From NCBI GenBank assembly GCA_028534125.1, contig CM052816.1, positions 58,344,001-58,408,000 on the forward strand: a DNA stretch of 64,000 bases, read 5' to 3'. The notes under the pieces are model-generated. The model was not told the origin of the DNA and did not search any database. It worked only from the letters and a program-made list of their open reading frames with translations. Of this stretch, positions 36,971 through 51,159 are shown piece by piece. The stretch's first letter is position 1; each line of letters starts with the position of its first letter. The stretch comes from Lama glama. Its lineage: Eukaryota. The translations under genes and the position numbers were made by a program.

Positions 36971-39900
36971 AGGGAAAAACAAATGAGCTAAGCCAAGGGA
37001 GGAAGAGGGAGAAAGTTAGAAAAGAGGAAAAGAGGGACACGAGAATATTCTTAAGTACATCCCCAAAAAGAAGAACAAACAGGCAGAAACACAAAATAGA
37101 AAAAAAGAGAAAGGCCTGAGAAGCTGCAACTAAGCATGGCTGGATGAACAGCATTTATTTCAGAACAAATAAACTGTTAGTAAAAGCAAAAACATCTGTT
37201 GCTGGTATAGTAAGGGTAACAGTAAAGCAAAAAAGATTTAAAGCATCAGAGCCAAGATCAGTCTAGACTAGACTCTCACTAGACTATAAAAATTAACACA
37301 AAGCAACATACTTATCTGTCCTTCTTTCTGATTCTTTCTTATTTAAAATAAAGCTATTCACATTCCTGGGGGGGGAAATGCATAGTAATGGAAGACTCAA
37401 AGAAAAGAAGCATGAAGATCCCACTTGTGAAGAGAATTTTAAGTCTCACAGTTAAAAAGGTAGCAACGTGGGAACCACATCAGGAAAATAAAAGCAGCAC
37501 CTCTCCAAGACATCCTGGTATTGGGCAAGGATTTAGAGAAGGAACAGAGAAGGTATCCTCAGCACATGGGCTCAAAGAAAGACCACTGGACACCAATACA
37601 CCAAGTCTTTAAACTTGAAAAACAAACAAGGGGTCCTAAAATCTACCAGAAAGTAAGGAAACATGAAACAGAAGAGAATACAAAGATAAGTACCTAGTTG
37701 ACTGTCTTTTCTCAAGTGCAAAAACGAAATCATTTAACCTGGAAGGTCTGTAGGAAGCTAGACACATCTTTACAGCTACACAAATATAGGAAGGAACAGA
37801 GATATGACTGTCAAGAGACATACTTCTTAGAAATCAGTGGATAAAGGGATTTACAATGGGCAAGGTTAATAATATTAAATAGAAACCAATCTTGAGGAGG
37901 AAAACAGGAACTGAACAAGTAAGGGAACAAGCAGTGCTCACTATCAAAATGCACACACAACATAAATGCTGTTTTAACAGTGACTGCCTATGTAGTAAAA
38001 TACAAAAAAATTATATTTAACAGTCCATCTAAGCCAAAATCTTAAATAAATAATAAAATGTACATTATAATAGAGGAAATAGAACTATTCAGCATGTTAG
38101 GTATCACTTTAATACTTACAGGGAGTTTCATTCTTAATAAATTATTAAGTAAATGTGTTAAGACATAAACATTAATTGCTATTGTCTCTAATCTCAAGTA
38201 GCTTAGACTCTAGTAAGGGAAGTTAGTCAGGATATGTCTAGATGAAAGGGATAAATGCCATTAGTAAGGTATAGCCCCAAAATTATGGGAGTTGGGAGGA
38301 GGAAAAGATTACTTCCGGTAAGGGATTCTAGGAAGCTTTCCTGAAAAAGCTGGCCCCAGAGATGTGCCTTGGAAAATAGAGACTTTGACCAACCCGTTTG
38401 AATTGCGGAAACTTATAAAGGCATGGTGCATATGAACAGTGAGTGATTCAGACTGACAGCAGTTTACAGTGCACGAGCAATACGGCTAGAAAGTTAGGTT
38501 GGAACCAGATCACATGAGGTCTTAAGTACCAGGCTACCAGAAGTCTGAAGTTTGTTTTATTGAAAATATGGTTTGGAATGAGGGAACTAGATAAAGAATA
38601 ACCTACTAAGTGTGTAGTAATGTGTACAATGGACAGAAAAGGCCTGAACTACCTATGGGGATGGCAGTAGGAAAGGAGGGGAGAGGACCAATCCAAAGGT
38701 AAAAACCAGTATGACTTCATTCATCAAAGGGTTCTTAGTGTTTACTACTGCCCAGCATCAAAGGAGCTCCTGGAAATAACAAAAATCAGGAAGAGATATC
38801 TTTCTGACCGAAAAGGATTAATTAGAGGAAAAAGCATAAGAGTTGAGGGTAACATCAAAGCTTCAATCCTAGGGAAAAGAACAAGAAGCACCATCAACAG
38901 CCAGCAGGAGTGCAGATGAATGAACAAACAAGCAGGATCAGCTAAGTGTGCAATGTCTGATCCAAACCTATGGTACCAGCCGAAAACCCACACAAACAAC
39001 AGAACCTCTAAGGGTAAGCGAGGTGCGGAGGGAGGCCAGGACCAGAGAAAGATCCTGGAAATGACAGGGATGTCATGAGATTTCAGTGAACCATTAAGGA
39101 CAAGTTCTTGGGTACAGTTGGGAGGATTAAATAAAGCGAGTAGAAGAACGAAACTAGTGGCATGAAGCCTAAGGTAGAACTTCAGGAAAAGGAAAAAATG
39201 ACAAAACCAACAGGCTGTGCAAGTGAGAACCTGGTTGGTCTCCAGGAGGTATGTGGGACCCTCTGGGGGAAGCAAGGTTCTAAGGAGAGTGAGTGGTCAG
39301 GAAGGAAGGACCTGGTAATTCAGGGAGGAAGAAAACCATCAAGGAGTAGCAGAAGCTAGAAAAGGTCCTTTTCTATTGGCATCATTTTTGGTACTTTTCC
39401 CTTTAAAAAAAAAAAAAAGAGGAAGTCAACATGATTATTAGCTCTGAGGAAACACAATTAAGTGGATGCAAAAATATTAAAGTAAAAGAGAGAAAGGGGA
39501 TAAATGATGAAGCACAAAGGAGGCACCAGTATTAAGATTGTAAGTGACAAGTTCAGCCTTGGAGAAGAGGCACAATTCTTTCCAGGATGAAAAAGACAGA
39601 GTAAGCAGTAGTGTTTTCAAGAGAACAGCGCTCACACATATTCTGACTTTTCCAGTAATGTACGAAGCAATCGCTTCAGTGTAGTTAGCAGGTTCAGAGT
39701 TCACATACTGGGGAAAAGATGAAAAGAGGCACCACAGAGGACAGAATACAGTAACAATTAGATTTCTTTTTTAAATTCCACAAGGTTCATAAGAATATAG
39801 GATGGCAAACCTTAACTATAAACTTATTAGAGTGAAATATAAAAGATAAATGCTAAGAGAAGTGGCTCAGTTAAAGCAATACTGATGTTAAAATCTTTAG

Positions 39901-40215
39901 TAAATAATAATTAAAGAGGCAAAAGCAAAGGCATTCAGTCAAATCCCCTTTAGACATTTTAGATTTTTTTATCATAAGCATGTACTGCTTATTCAACAAT
40001 ACAAGGACACTTTTAATTTTAAAAAGACCTCATTTTTAAAGCCCTTCAAGCTTCAGGTTGACAGGAGCAGAAACCCTACCTGGTTTTATTCACCAGTACA
40101 GTGCCTGGCTTACAGTAGTTCTCCATAATAAATGGGTGATGTTCTATACAGTTTCCATATAAGTTACATGAACAGAAAGAGCAAAGAACAAGCGTGCAAG
40201 GTGGCAGAGGTCTAC

Positions 40216-40675
40216 TGTGGACTGAGTGCCCCACCCACTCAAAAAATACGTGCACACCTGAATTTCCAGAATGTGTGAATGTGACCTTATTCAAAAAGTC
40301 TTTGCAGATATAATTAAGTTAAGGACCTAGAGATAAGACTGTTCTAGATTACCCAGGTGCATTACCCTAAATCCAGCAGCAAGTGTCCTTAGAAGGGAGA
40401 GAAGAGGAGATGACACTGGCACACAGAGGAGAAGGCCATAGGAAGCCTGAGGCAGAGACTGGAGCCACACAGAACAAGCCAACAGGATGTGGGAACATCA
40501 AAAACTCAAAGAGGCAAGGAATGGAACCCTCCTTTGAGCCTTCTGAGGGAGCACGGCCCTGCTGCCGCCTTGATTTCAGACATCTAGCCTCCAGAACTTG
40601 AGAGAACACATTTCTGTTATTTTAAGCCACAACATTTGCAGTCATTTGTTATGGCAGCCGTGGGAAACTAATGCA
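40216..40675 (+). mobile_element. MLT1C-like MaLR LTR
   Basis: tgtgaatgtgaccttatt..tctttgcagatataattaagttaagg..gagggagcacggccctgc..ttgttatggcagccgtgggaaactaatgca. Confidence 0.85.
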
Positions 40676-41019
40676 AGGTTAGTATAGCCATATAAATTAC
40701 ACTACCAGCTAAAAAGGGCTAATTTTCCCTGTAAAACAAAAGATAATAAGAACTTCCTGCCAGATAACGAATGGAAGGGCCATCTATGCAAAACTGAGCA
40801 AAGCTGGCTTCTGTTTACAGAAATAAAGCCCAGAGATAGGCAAGGTCACCACATCACAGTAAAAAAAAAATGCAGTAAATAATAACGACTTACTGCACTG
40901 ATAGAAAATAAAGAAGAGAGATGTAGTAATTGCAAGTGATGACTAATTAATTAGACTAGCAACAAAAATACTACAAATTTAAGAAATTCAATTAACAAAA
41001 CAAAACCGAAGGATTTGCA

Positions 41020-41560
41020 ACAATATTATGAAGTATTTCAAGCATACAAAAAAGATTACAATAGTAAAATAACTATCCTTTACTTAATACCCAGTCTTAA
41101 TAAATCTTGACATTTGGCCAAATTTCCTTCAGAATTTTTTTAAAGGAATAAAATGTTTCAGTACAGCTGACACTTCTGTATACCTCCTACCTTGTCTTTT
41201 TCTCCTCCCTCTCACCTCAAAGGTAACCACTGATCTAAAGCTGAGTGTATCATTCCCATGAACATGTTTAAACATAAATAATAGATTATTTGATGTATTT
41301 AACATTTGCATAATAGCAATGGGCTATACATTTATTCTACTATATTTTTTTACTCAACATATTTTTGAGACTTATCTATGTTAATGCATACAATTCTAGT
41401 TCATTCATTCTAACAGCTAAATATTGTATTATAACTCTCCCAGTTAATGGTCATTTAGTTTGTTCCTTAACTTTCACTATAACAAGCAATGTTACAACAA
41501 ACTTTCTTGTACACGTCTCCTCATACATATACTAGGGTTTCTTCAGAGTATAGTCCTAAA
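41020..41560 (-). mobile_element. Old L1ME-type fragment, antisense
   Basis: aaggtaaccactgatctaaagctgagtgtatcattccc..tttttgagacttatctatgtt. Confidence 0.6.
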
Positions 41561-41807
41561 AAAGCAATTATTCAAGTGTCCTTTCTTTTTAAAAACTCTT
41601 TTTCCTTTGGTAAATAATCTTTATTACAAATGACAGTATTCCCCTAATTAACAGAAGTATCAGACTGGAGATAACCTTAAGACAGGAAGGTTTTTTTTGT
41701 GGAAAAAGACTAAATTCTGTATTAAATTCTGTTTTAAATCAACTGAGAGTACCTAGATCAAAGACATTTGAAGCAAAAAGTAACACATCTCATTAACAAG
41801 AAATTAC

Positions 41808-41920
41808 CTGCATAATACTTTTAGAAGACATAACTGCCTGATTATAGAATATGCGGCCAAAGTGATCTCGATCTGGAAATACACCTGCTTGTCGAGGTAA
41901 GTTTGCCCCTCCTGAGTCAA
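41808..41920 (-). CDS. MCCC2: MCCC2 exon 6 [37 protein letters not shown]
   Basis: Contained in ORF 41793..42041; acceptor CTTCAG, donor CAG|GTAATT, 113 nt. Confidence 0.97.
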
Positions 41921-42329
41921 CTGAAGACAAGGAGAATAACAGAAATAAGCACCTTTCTATGAACAAAACAGCTACACACAGGAAGACTTGTCTCAATGAC
42001 AGCATCAGTTCATAACCACATTCGCAAAAAATTGGCCCCATCCTTCTGAACTATTCTCCAGCCTCTTTCCCCAATCCCCCAATGCAGCCAAAAGAATTTA
42101 TTGTTTTCCTCAAACACCTGAGGCTCCCCTACCCACTGCAAAATTCCACTTTAAAAGTTTAGGACTTTCTCTCCTTTGAGGATTAGCTAAAGCCTCAGAA
42201 GCCCCCAAAATCCTTAACCAGTTCAGCTAATGATGGATCTTTCTCTCTTTTAAAACAATACAAAAATCATCTACAGAGTTCATGTGACCATTTCATCACA
42301 CACTGCCTTCTGGTGCTATCTTTACTGCA

Positions 42330-42560
42330 GATTAGAGTGGTGGATAAGAATGTCAGCTGAGTTCAAAACAGAGCTTCATTGCTTCAAGGCTGTGTGATTA
42401 CAGGTGTGTTTCTTACCCATTCTATGCCTCGGTTTCCCCACCTGTGAAGAGAAGATAATAGTGCCTATCCCACAGAATTACTGAGATGAAACAAAGTAAT
42501 CTATGTGGAGCACTCAGTTCAGCACATGCTGTGAAAGCACACAGTGAATGTGACAAAGGT
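42330..42560 (+). mobile_element. MIR
   Basis: ctatgcctcggtttccccacctgtgaagagaagataatagtgcctatcccacag. Confidence 0.7.
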
Positions 42561-43375
42561 AGCTAGTCTTACACCTACCACCCTTGCCTGCAACCGTTAA
42601 GTCTTGTATTGTTATTTAATACATTATATTCTGTCTCCAATTCACTACGAGGAAGACAGGGACAAGAACACACCCTTCACTGTACCCCCTACAGTTTGGG
42701 CACAGAGCCTGCAAGCAGGAGGGCCTCATTTGCTGTTTTCAATACATGCAAAGCAGTTCACAGGCTGAGTCAGTCAGGTAAATTCACTTTCACAGAAAAA
42801 AATATCACATCAGTACCTATTCAAATATCCACATAAATGAACAATATATACTGGCATCTTCACAAATTAAACTAAAATACAGGAAATGCCAATTTTAAAC
42901 TGCCTTGCTTTTATGTTCTTTTTGAAATGTCTTTAGATTTAAATATAAATATACTTTCATTGAAAACTAAATTCCTTTAAAGTACGTCTGCTCAAATTAT
43001 GTACATACTCAAGCATTTAACACAGTACCTGGCACTCAAGAGATCCATCAATACTAGCTATTATTTTTCATAGTTTGAACTCATTATGGTGAACAGAAAA
43101 ACAAAACATATAAGAAGAAAAAACCACACATGTAGAGGAAAAAATGGCAAACAACAAAATATTGTCAGAATTCCCCCTTAGGGATGCTATTATGCATAGT
43201 TCTTGCTTATTTTTTCTCCCAGAGTTTTCAGCAAAGAATATGCATTTCTTTTATAATTATGGGTAAAACCAACAGTTTTTAAAGATACCCACGATGATGT
43301 CAAATATATAGCCTTCCAAACAATCTTGTATTTTTCTAGCTAATTATAGTTTATTTTACAATTCTTGTGACTTGC

Positions 43376-43503
43376 CCAAGTAAATGCAGGGGAGCCTGTT
43401 TTGCATCGCAATTTCTTGTGCTCGTAAATGCTTTTTCACAGTCACTGGGTAGTAGGTACCTCCTTTGACGGTGGCATCATTGGCAACAATCATGCATTCT
43501 ACT
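43376..43503 (-). CDS. MCCC2: MCCC2 exon 5 [42 protein letters not shown](V)
   Basis: Acceptor TTTCAG; non-canonical donor G|GCAAGT required by phase; 128 nt. Confidence 0.95.
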
Positions 43504-44864
43504 CTGAAAGGCAGAAATTTGATTGGAAAGACAGTATGAGAGATTTCTTCAAAGTAAAGAGCAATTTACATCTCATTACAAGACACTCCAATACAACGTG
43601 CAACTTCTAGTGACTGCCATTAGTAGACAATCTTATGATATAAAAACTTCAATCACAGTTCACATTTCATTGATATAATATATAAAATGAATCACTTTTA
43701 ACAAGTTTACAAACTCATGTTTATTTTTAAAGAATCATTAGCCCATCTAAGTAGTGAAAAACTAACAACCTAAGCTACATTTCATAATGGCTCTTGAATG
43801 AAAGGGTCCTAACAAGGTAATAATACAAAACAAAACAAAATAAAAATCTAAGACTCAGGGAGAGAAAAATCCCTCATGATAAACCTTAAAAATTTCCTTT
43901 CAGGAATGTAATTTTCAAAAATAAAAACTGATCCATGTATTTATTTTTCATATTTTCAGAAGTTCTTCATGTTACCACCATTCGCTTTTCTATAAAACAA
44001 AAAGAAGTTTAAAGTATAACATCCTTCTTGCTTAAAGTAATAATAGGTGTAAACTTCAGAACGGTATACTGAAAAAGTATACTATAATGAGTCATCAGTG
44101 GTGTCCTTTCTCACCAAAACCACGGCCCACCAGTAACACACAAGGAGCAGGGAAGTAAATGATGAGGATCCTGGGGGCCGGTAAGGGAGGCTGCTTCATA
44201 CTGCCAGGAAACCGAAAGATTAGAGGCTCACTTGAAACTTGAGAGAACAACAGTGTGGTCTTTACACAATTTAATCTTATATTTATGATGTTTTTGTTAC
44301 CTCACTTTATATTCTCTGGATATCTAAAAAGTACCTCACTGAATCCTCGCTGAGAATGAAGTAGGGAACAGTATCTGAGCCTGCGGCCACAGGAAGCGCC
44401 GTACATTTTATTAGGTATGTAGCCAGCAGCAGTGCTCACCATGAGACACCAGGGCTCCTCTCCTTGGAGCATCAGTTTTATTCACCAGGTCATTTAAAGC
44501 CTTTCTCTATATTATAATTAACATTTTACGGAGTGGGATGAAAATTTTTAATGACTTTAACATTAAACAAACTAGGACTTCGAAAGGAATTTAGGCTTAC
44601 GGCGGGCTGCCGGGCCATAAGCCCACACCTCCAGAGTACGGTCACACCTCCCTGTCCTGGGGGGGCTGCACCAGAACAGCTTAGGAACCGCCGGTACAGG
44701 GAAGAGCCCAGGCTATGAAGCCAGACAAAGCGAGGCTGAAATTCTGGCTCTGTCACTTGCTACATATGTGACCTTCGACCAGAGACACAACCACTTTTAT
44801 GTGTCTTATTAAAATGTCACAGACATGTTACAGAATGAGAAGTGAAACTAGCCCACAAAAATAC

Positions 44865-45335
44865 TGTATTGAGCTTCTGCTGGTTTTGCCTGCCTAGGAT
44901 CTATTCTTTTGGCAACAAAACTAAACTTTCTTTCAGAAGATGCCTCTTCTCTATTTTTAATCCATGTGGTTCTAGTGGGACTGCCCCCAAAGCCCATCTT
45001 CAAAGGTTAGCACGAGAAGCGGGCCTGTCCACTCCGACCCCAAATGCGGCTCAGCAATGGGCTTCGGTCCCCGTCCATTCTCTTAGGGGCTCTCCCTCTG
45101 CTGCAGAAGCTGAGCCTACAGAACAGAAGCCCAGGATGCCTGGCCAGCTCTGCACTGGGGCTTGAACAGCCCGTCTAGGAACAAAACCAAAACCAGCCAG
45201 TGACCCAATAACCCTGTTTGAGCTCCTAGATCCAGCTATGCCCTAACTTACCGGTTAAGAGAGTCAATAAATTCTTTTTTTGTTTAAACTAGTTTTAGTA
45301 TCAATCATTTGCCAGAGAAGGAGTGCTGGCAGTAT
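44865..45335 (+). mobile_element. Old MLT1(K/L)-like MaLR LTR
   Basis: tgtattgagcttctgctggtttt..tttgagctcctagatccagctatgcc..gagtcaataaattctttttttgtttaaactagt. Confidence 0.6.
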
Positions 45336-47679
45336 TCAATCATACGAATTATGTAAGAAAGGTCCATTTAAATTACAATGAAGGACTACTCTGTACCTTT
45401 TAAATGACTGAAGTCTTGTTCAGTCATAATATTCAACACTAGAGCAGCTCTAGTGAAAAGGCAAAATCGGTCTTGCCTTGGCCCTTGCCAAGGAAGGGAG
45501 TCTCATGAGCTAAAATGCACATGCAGTACGGAACCCTGGCAACTGATGTTCATGGAGAACAACCTCAGAGAGCGGGTGTCTGTGAGAAGATTTCTAATTA
45601 CAAAGTTTAAAATTTGCAGTGGAACTACACAAGGCGGTGCTCTGGCCCCTATCTCTCTGTCTCTTCAATATCTCTGTGGAATAAGGAGGACTCCACTCCT
45701 ACCCCCAGCTAGAGAAAACAACAACACAGCATTGTCCTGTACGTATGATACAATTTCACTATGTCATTCTGAAAATAACCACAACAGATAATTTGGCCTC
45801 TAAGTTAATTCCTGTCATCCATTCTTTCACCCAACAAATACTTTTTTTCAGAGCCTTCTATGTGCCACGTCCCATTCTAGGTACTAAGGACACAGGTGAA
45901 CAAGGAGGGCAAGCTCCCTGATTTCACAGAGTTTCCATTCTACTGGGGAGGATCAGTTAGGGGAAGTAAATAATGAACAACAAATACACAAAGATAATCT
46001 GACTGCAAGGGCTATGAAGGAATAATAAAACAAGGTAATACAATTTCTACAATTATTATTATTACTAGTCATAAAATAAGATATAATAAAGCAAGGTGAA
46101 AGGAATAATAAAACAAGGTAATTGTGGTGGTGGCTATGTTCGGGTAGCACAGTCAAAGAATAACAACAACAGCAGCAGCAGCCCATACTTGTATGACAGT
46201 CTCTAGGTACCAGTCTCTAGGTCTTAGGCTTTCCATAAACCCTCCTTTACAGATGGGAAAACAGGCAGAGAGAAATTAAGCAACCGGCCCACGGTCACCA
46301 ACTACCAAGCAATATAGCCAGGAGTTGAGTCCATGCAGTCTGGCCTTAGAGTGCATGTTCCGAAGCACTGGGCACGGGAAATCTGAGGGGATAAGAAGCA
46401 GCCAGGCACTCCAAGAATCAAATGAAGAACATTTCATGCAGAGAAAGAGCTTGAATACAGGTCCTAGGGTAAAAATGAGTTTAGCACGGGCAAGAAACAG
46501 CAAGACCAGGGTGGCTGACAGGTTACACATAAAACGGTAAGGCGAGGAAAGAAGGCAGGGATCAGATCTTATAGGACCTCATAAGCCATGGTGAGGAATC
46601 TGAATTTGCCAGAAGGGCTACAGCTCAATTCCTCTTCAGCTAGCTACTACTGGAGGCAAAACTGGTCCCTTGATGCTAAACTGGTCTATAAATAAATTCC
46701 ATATGACAGGTTTTCTTGGTGTCAATTTCAGAACTTATCATGGAGCCTAAATCAGTATCTCTAACACTACCCAAAAATGTATAAAAGAGCATTAAAGGTA
46801 TAAAAGAGTTAAATGACTTTTTTAATGGCCTTAGCTGAAAAGTTCCAGGCTGACACTGCCAATGATCATGATCATGCAGTAAAGAACAGGGACTCATCTG
46901 CTCATTCACTCACCACTGCCTGTCTACTCTCAATATCAAGAGTACAACTGTACTCTTAGGAATGGATGTTTCTGTGTAGTTGACTCATGATCCTAAAGCA
47001 AGAGCAGGGAGGGTAGGGAACATCTAACCTTCTCCAGCCTAGAATAGTCTGACAGGATATTACTCATGTCAAGTCAAGTGAATGACTTGAGAATTGCCAG
47101 CAAAATTCTTAGATCTCCAACAGATGTCTTAGATTAATGTTAGTCATCTTAGGAAGAATTATATTATTCCTAGGTTTTGACTCCAGCCTCATTTTTTCTC
47201 CTAACTTCAGTCTTATTTTTTATGTATGCCATCTTCTGCTATTTTATGACATTTTGTCAACAGTTGTAACTATTCTTTGGAATTAGGTGGTGTGCAAATA
47301 AAGCAAAAACAAACAACAACACAAAAAATACCTAGTACACTTACATAAGGTGAATACCAGCAGCAATTAAAACAGCCCATATTTTCAAAAGATTTGTATC
47401 AACTACATTAAAATTATTAGTCCATTTAAATATTTCCATTTCTTGGAACTAAAGAAATAATTAAAAGAGGAAAATATTATATGCACCAAGACATCCATTT
47501 ACTATACTGTGTTTTAAAATAGCAAAAATTGGGGGAAAACAGAAGAGTCTAACAATGTTTCTATGGTTACAAATTGATAGCACAAGACAAACCAATGAAA
47601 GTTATAAATGTCAAAACAACACTTGGTTAATATAGCAAAGCACTAAATTCTCTCTGTGCTGTGATCATAAAATGTACAC

Positions 47680-48520
47680 TGATTTAAGAAGTATCTATTG
47701 AATGCCTACTACATGCCAGGTAGTGGTCTAGACACCAGAGTTGAAAAATACAAAGTCCTGCCATTCATGAAGTTTGTATTCCATGGAGAGGGAAGATAGT
47801 GAAAAAAAAAATCATACAAATTAAACAAGATCATTAGAGGACAATGAGTACTTCAGGAAATAAATAGGATGTTGTGACAGACTAGTGAACTAGGAGCTTG
47901 CTCAGACAGAAACATCTGAGAAAGACTCTGCGAAGGGGATATTTGAGCTGAGAGGTAAAAGAAAAGAAGAAGTCAGCCATTTCACAAGGGAAAGGAAAAG
48001 TACAAAAGTCCTGGGCAATATAGAAAGTTGACAAGTTCAAAGAACTATCAGAAACGCAATGAGACTATGAAAAGTGGTAGGAAATAAAGTGAGCTGAAGA
48101 GAGAGCAAAAAGCCAGATCATGTAGGGCCTTGGAACCAAAATAACACATAAGATAACTTCAAGAGCAACAAGAAGCAGCTGGAAGGTTTTAAGCAGGGCA
48201 GTACTTAAATGATCAGAGCTGCAATTTTTTTTTAAGATCACTTTGGATGCTATGTGGAAAACTGATCACAGGGAAGCAGCAGAAGGAAGCTGGTAGACCA
48301 GTTACTCAGTCTAGTCACCATGGTAGACCAGGTGAGAGACAGGATAGCCTGGACTGAAGTAGTAGCAGTGGAAATGAGGAAAGTGGAGGGACCTGAGATA
48401 TATTTCTGAGTAGGACCAACAAGATTTCCAGAAGGACTGGAGGATATGGTCAATAAGTTGAGAGAAACAGAAAATAAGATGTTTGATATGTTAGATGACA
48501 GGATTTGGGGTGAATGTTTC
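47680..48520 (-). mobile_element. L2 fragment
   Basis: tatctattgaatgcctactacatgccagg..gccagatcatgtagggcctt..ggaaggttttaagcaggg. Confidence 0.7.
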
Positions 48521-49289
48521 TCCCCTCTGATTCTGGCTTTTTGTATAACTCTCATCACTCTCTCATCCAATAATTCCTACTATATGCTGGAAATGGTAGT
48601 TTTTAACAGGCATCATTTATTAACTTGTTACTACATGCCAGCACTATCCTAAAGATTTCACTTGACTCATTTAATCTTCTCATCTAATCTCACAATCCTC
48701 TCCAATAGCTACTATTATTATTCCATTTTACAAAGAATCGTATTTTACAGATGAGGTACTGAGAGGTCAAAGCAATCTGCTAAAGGTCAAAGTGCTACAA
48801 AATGCTGGAGCCACGATTCTGAGGATGATGACTCCTGAACCTGTACCATTTTCAAGTGTAATTCAATCTCCTTCCAAATCAAGAACTTGATAAACTGAGA
48901 ATAAAGCATGAAGCCAGAAAATAATAAAAGGTATAAAAGCATAAACAATACTAAAAAATTAGTATATCATAGGAAAAGTAGAAGAGCATGTTCCAACATG
49001 TTGACAGTCATTATGCCTGGAGGTATAATTAAGCGTAACTTCCTTCATTATGATCTATAAATTTAGTTTAATTCTGCATTATCATTTTTTTAAAGTTTAT
49101 TTGTAAGTGTCCTCTAAGATTCCAAGGACAGAAATGTCTCCACACTGGGTGAACGTTACGCAAAGTACACGTGGCAAAGAGCCATGGGGTAGGTTTGGGT
49201 GTTAAGGAAGGAAGCAAGCAAGAAGCAACCATGGTGAATGGCTAGAAGTCGTACCTCCTCTGAGGGCACAGACCATGGGGAGAAGGTGG

Positions 49290-49545
49290 AGGAACATGCA
49301 TCATAAACTAGACTCTGACTCAAATGCAACTGCATCAGGCTCAGGGTCCACCTGCTTAACCTCAAAGCCGAGTTTTGCCAGTGGTTTGACCTTGGGCAAG
49401 TTATTTAACTCTCTAAGCCAGTTTCCTTGTCTGCAGAATGGAGGTGACTATAACAATACCCCTTCTCACAGACCTGTGGAGACGACTGAGACAAGCAGTC
49501 AGTGGGAAGTGTTTACTACAGTACCTGGCATGGTAACTGAAAGGT
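49290..49545 (+). mobile_element. MIR
   Basis: tgaccttgggcaagttatttaactctctaagccagtttccttgtctgcagaatgg. Confidence 0.75.
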
Positions 49546-49603
49546 CATACGTACATATATACAAATAAATGCCACATCTAGCAATCTAGAGTCCCTAAGT
49601 CTA

Positions 49604-49785
49604 CAGTGGTTCTCGAACATAAGCTTTCGAGAACTTAGAGAGCTTGTTAAAACACTGATTTCGGGGCCCCACACCCAGAATTTGATTCAGTACTTCTTGG
49701 GAAGACCTGATAATCGACACTTCTAACAAGTTCTCAGGCGATGCTGATGCTCCCTAGGGACCACATGTAGAAACTACTCCTCTAG
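49604..49785. mobile_element. MER5A-like hAT-Charlie element
   Basis: cagtggttctcgaac..gagcttgttaaaacactgatt..ttctaacaagttctcaggcgatgctgatgct. Confidence 0.75.
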
Positions 49786-50091
49786 CACAATGGTTTTCAC
49801 TCTAGATGTACAACAGATCACCTGCACAATCTTGGAAAACTACACATACTGATTAAGCATGTCGGTCTGGATTGGGTCCCCCAATCACTGCTGGGGGTTT
49901 TCCCTTTAATGTTTGCCCCTAAATCTCCACGGATTAATGTAACACCTGCCTGGTTAGGAAGCCTCAGTCCTAAATAATACCACTAGCATAACACTTGCAT
50001 GCTCACACACAAAGCAGTGGGTGCTGGCTGCTCGTGCCTCATCGCCGGCCCTCTTCCTGACCCATGTGGTTGGCCGTAGGCAGAATACTCA

Positions 50092-50256
<165 letters not shown>

Positions 50257-50524
50257 TTACACAAGGATTCAGTGGAACGAATAAAACCTAGTTTATGTGC
50301 TTGCGGCAAAAAAAAAAAACAGTTACACAAGGAAAAGACACTTTTTCTTTAATGGGGTAAGATTTCAAATACACATGTTGTACATAAAGTCTACAAAAAG
50401 AAAAGGATCTAAAACAAAATCCAGCATGACCACTTTGGGGATTTATACAGGATAGCCATACAAAGGCACACTAGGGACTTATTTTTAAAGCTGTTGTACA
50501 GATGTGTTTATTAAGATAGAAAGA

Positions 50525-50775
50525 GAATAGCACCTAACACTTACATGGCACTTATCGCATGTCAGCCCCTATCCTAGGAGCTTCAGAAACACTAACTCAG
50601 TTACTCCTCAGAACTACCTTCTGAAATGGATCCTATTATGATCCCCACTGACTGATGAGGAAACTGAAACACAGAGATTAGGTCAGTCGTCTAAGGTCCC
50701 ACAACTACTAGTAAATGGCAGAACTGGGTTTTAATAAGCTCTTTAATAAGGGACCAGGCTCTTAACCACTTATTC
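50525..50775 (-). mobile_element. MIR
   Basis: gatgaggaaactgaaacacagagattaggtcag..aaggtcccacaacta. Confidence 0.7.
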
Positions 50776-50841
50776 TCTCTCTCTTACTTGAATGTTCAAG
50801 ATAAATTAAGTGGGGAAAAAGGGGGTTATAAAACACCACAT

Positions 50842-50993
50842 AAGGAGGGGAGGGTATAGCTCAAGGGTAGAGTGAGTGCAGGCTTAGCATGCACGAGGTC
50901 CTGGGTTCAATCCCCAGTACCTCCATTTAAATCAATCAATAAACCTAATTACTTCCCCCCTCAACAACAACAACAAAATAAATAAGTCAAAAA
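50842..50993 (+). mobile_element. Vic-1-type SINE
   Basis: ggggagggtatagctcaagggtagag..gaggtcctgggttcaatccccagtacctcc; 12-bp TSD AAAACACCACAT at 50830-50841 and 50994-51005. Confidence 0.9.
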
Positions 50994-51159
50994 AAAACAC
51001 CACATGTAGTATGATTCCATTTTTCTTTAAAAAAAATGTGTCTGACACACAGGTGCATAACAAAAGTGTAGAAGGATACACACTTGGTGTTAACAGTGTT
51101 TATCTCCAGGCTGGGAGTGTGTGCGCATGTCTTAAGAAACAATGCTTTTGAGTCTTCAT

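Noticed and set aside
37350..37900. Purine-rich stretch resembling coding sequence
   Set aside because: Multiple stops in all frames; probably an old L1/HAL1 ORF1-region remnant that I cannot assign confidently
38745..39275. 176-aa minus-strand ORF
   Set aside because: Low-complexity Leu/Phe-rich translation of degraded L2-like intronic DNA, no recognisable domain, non-ATG start
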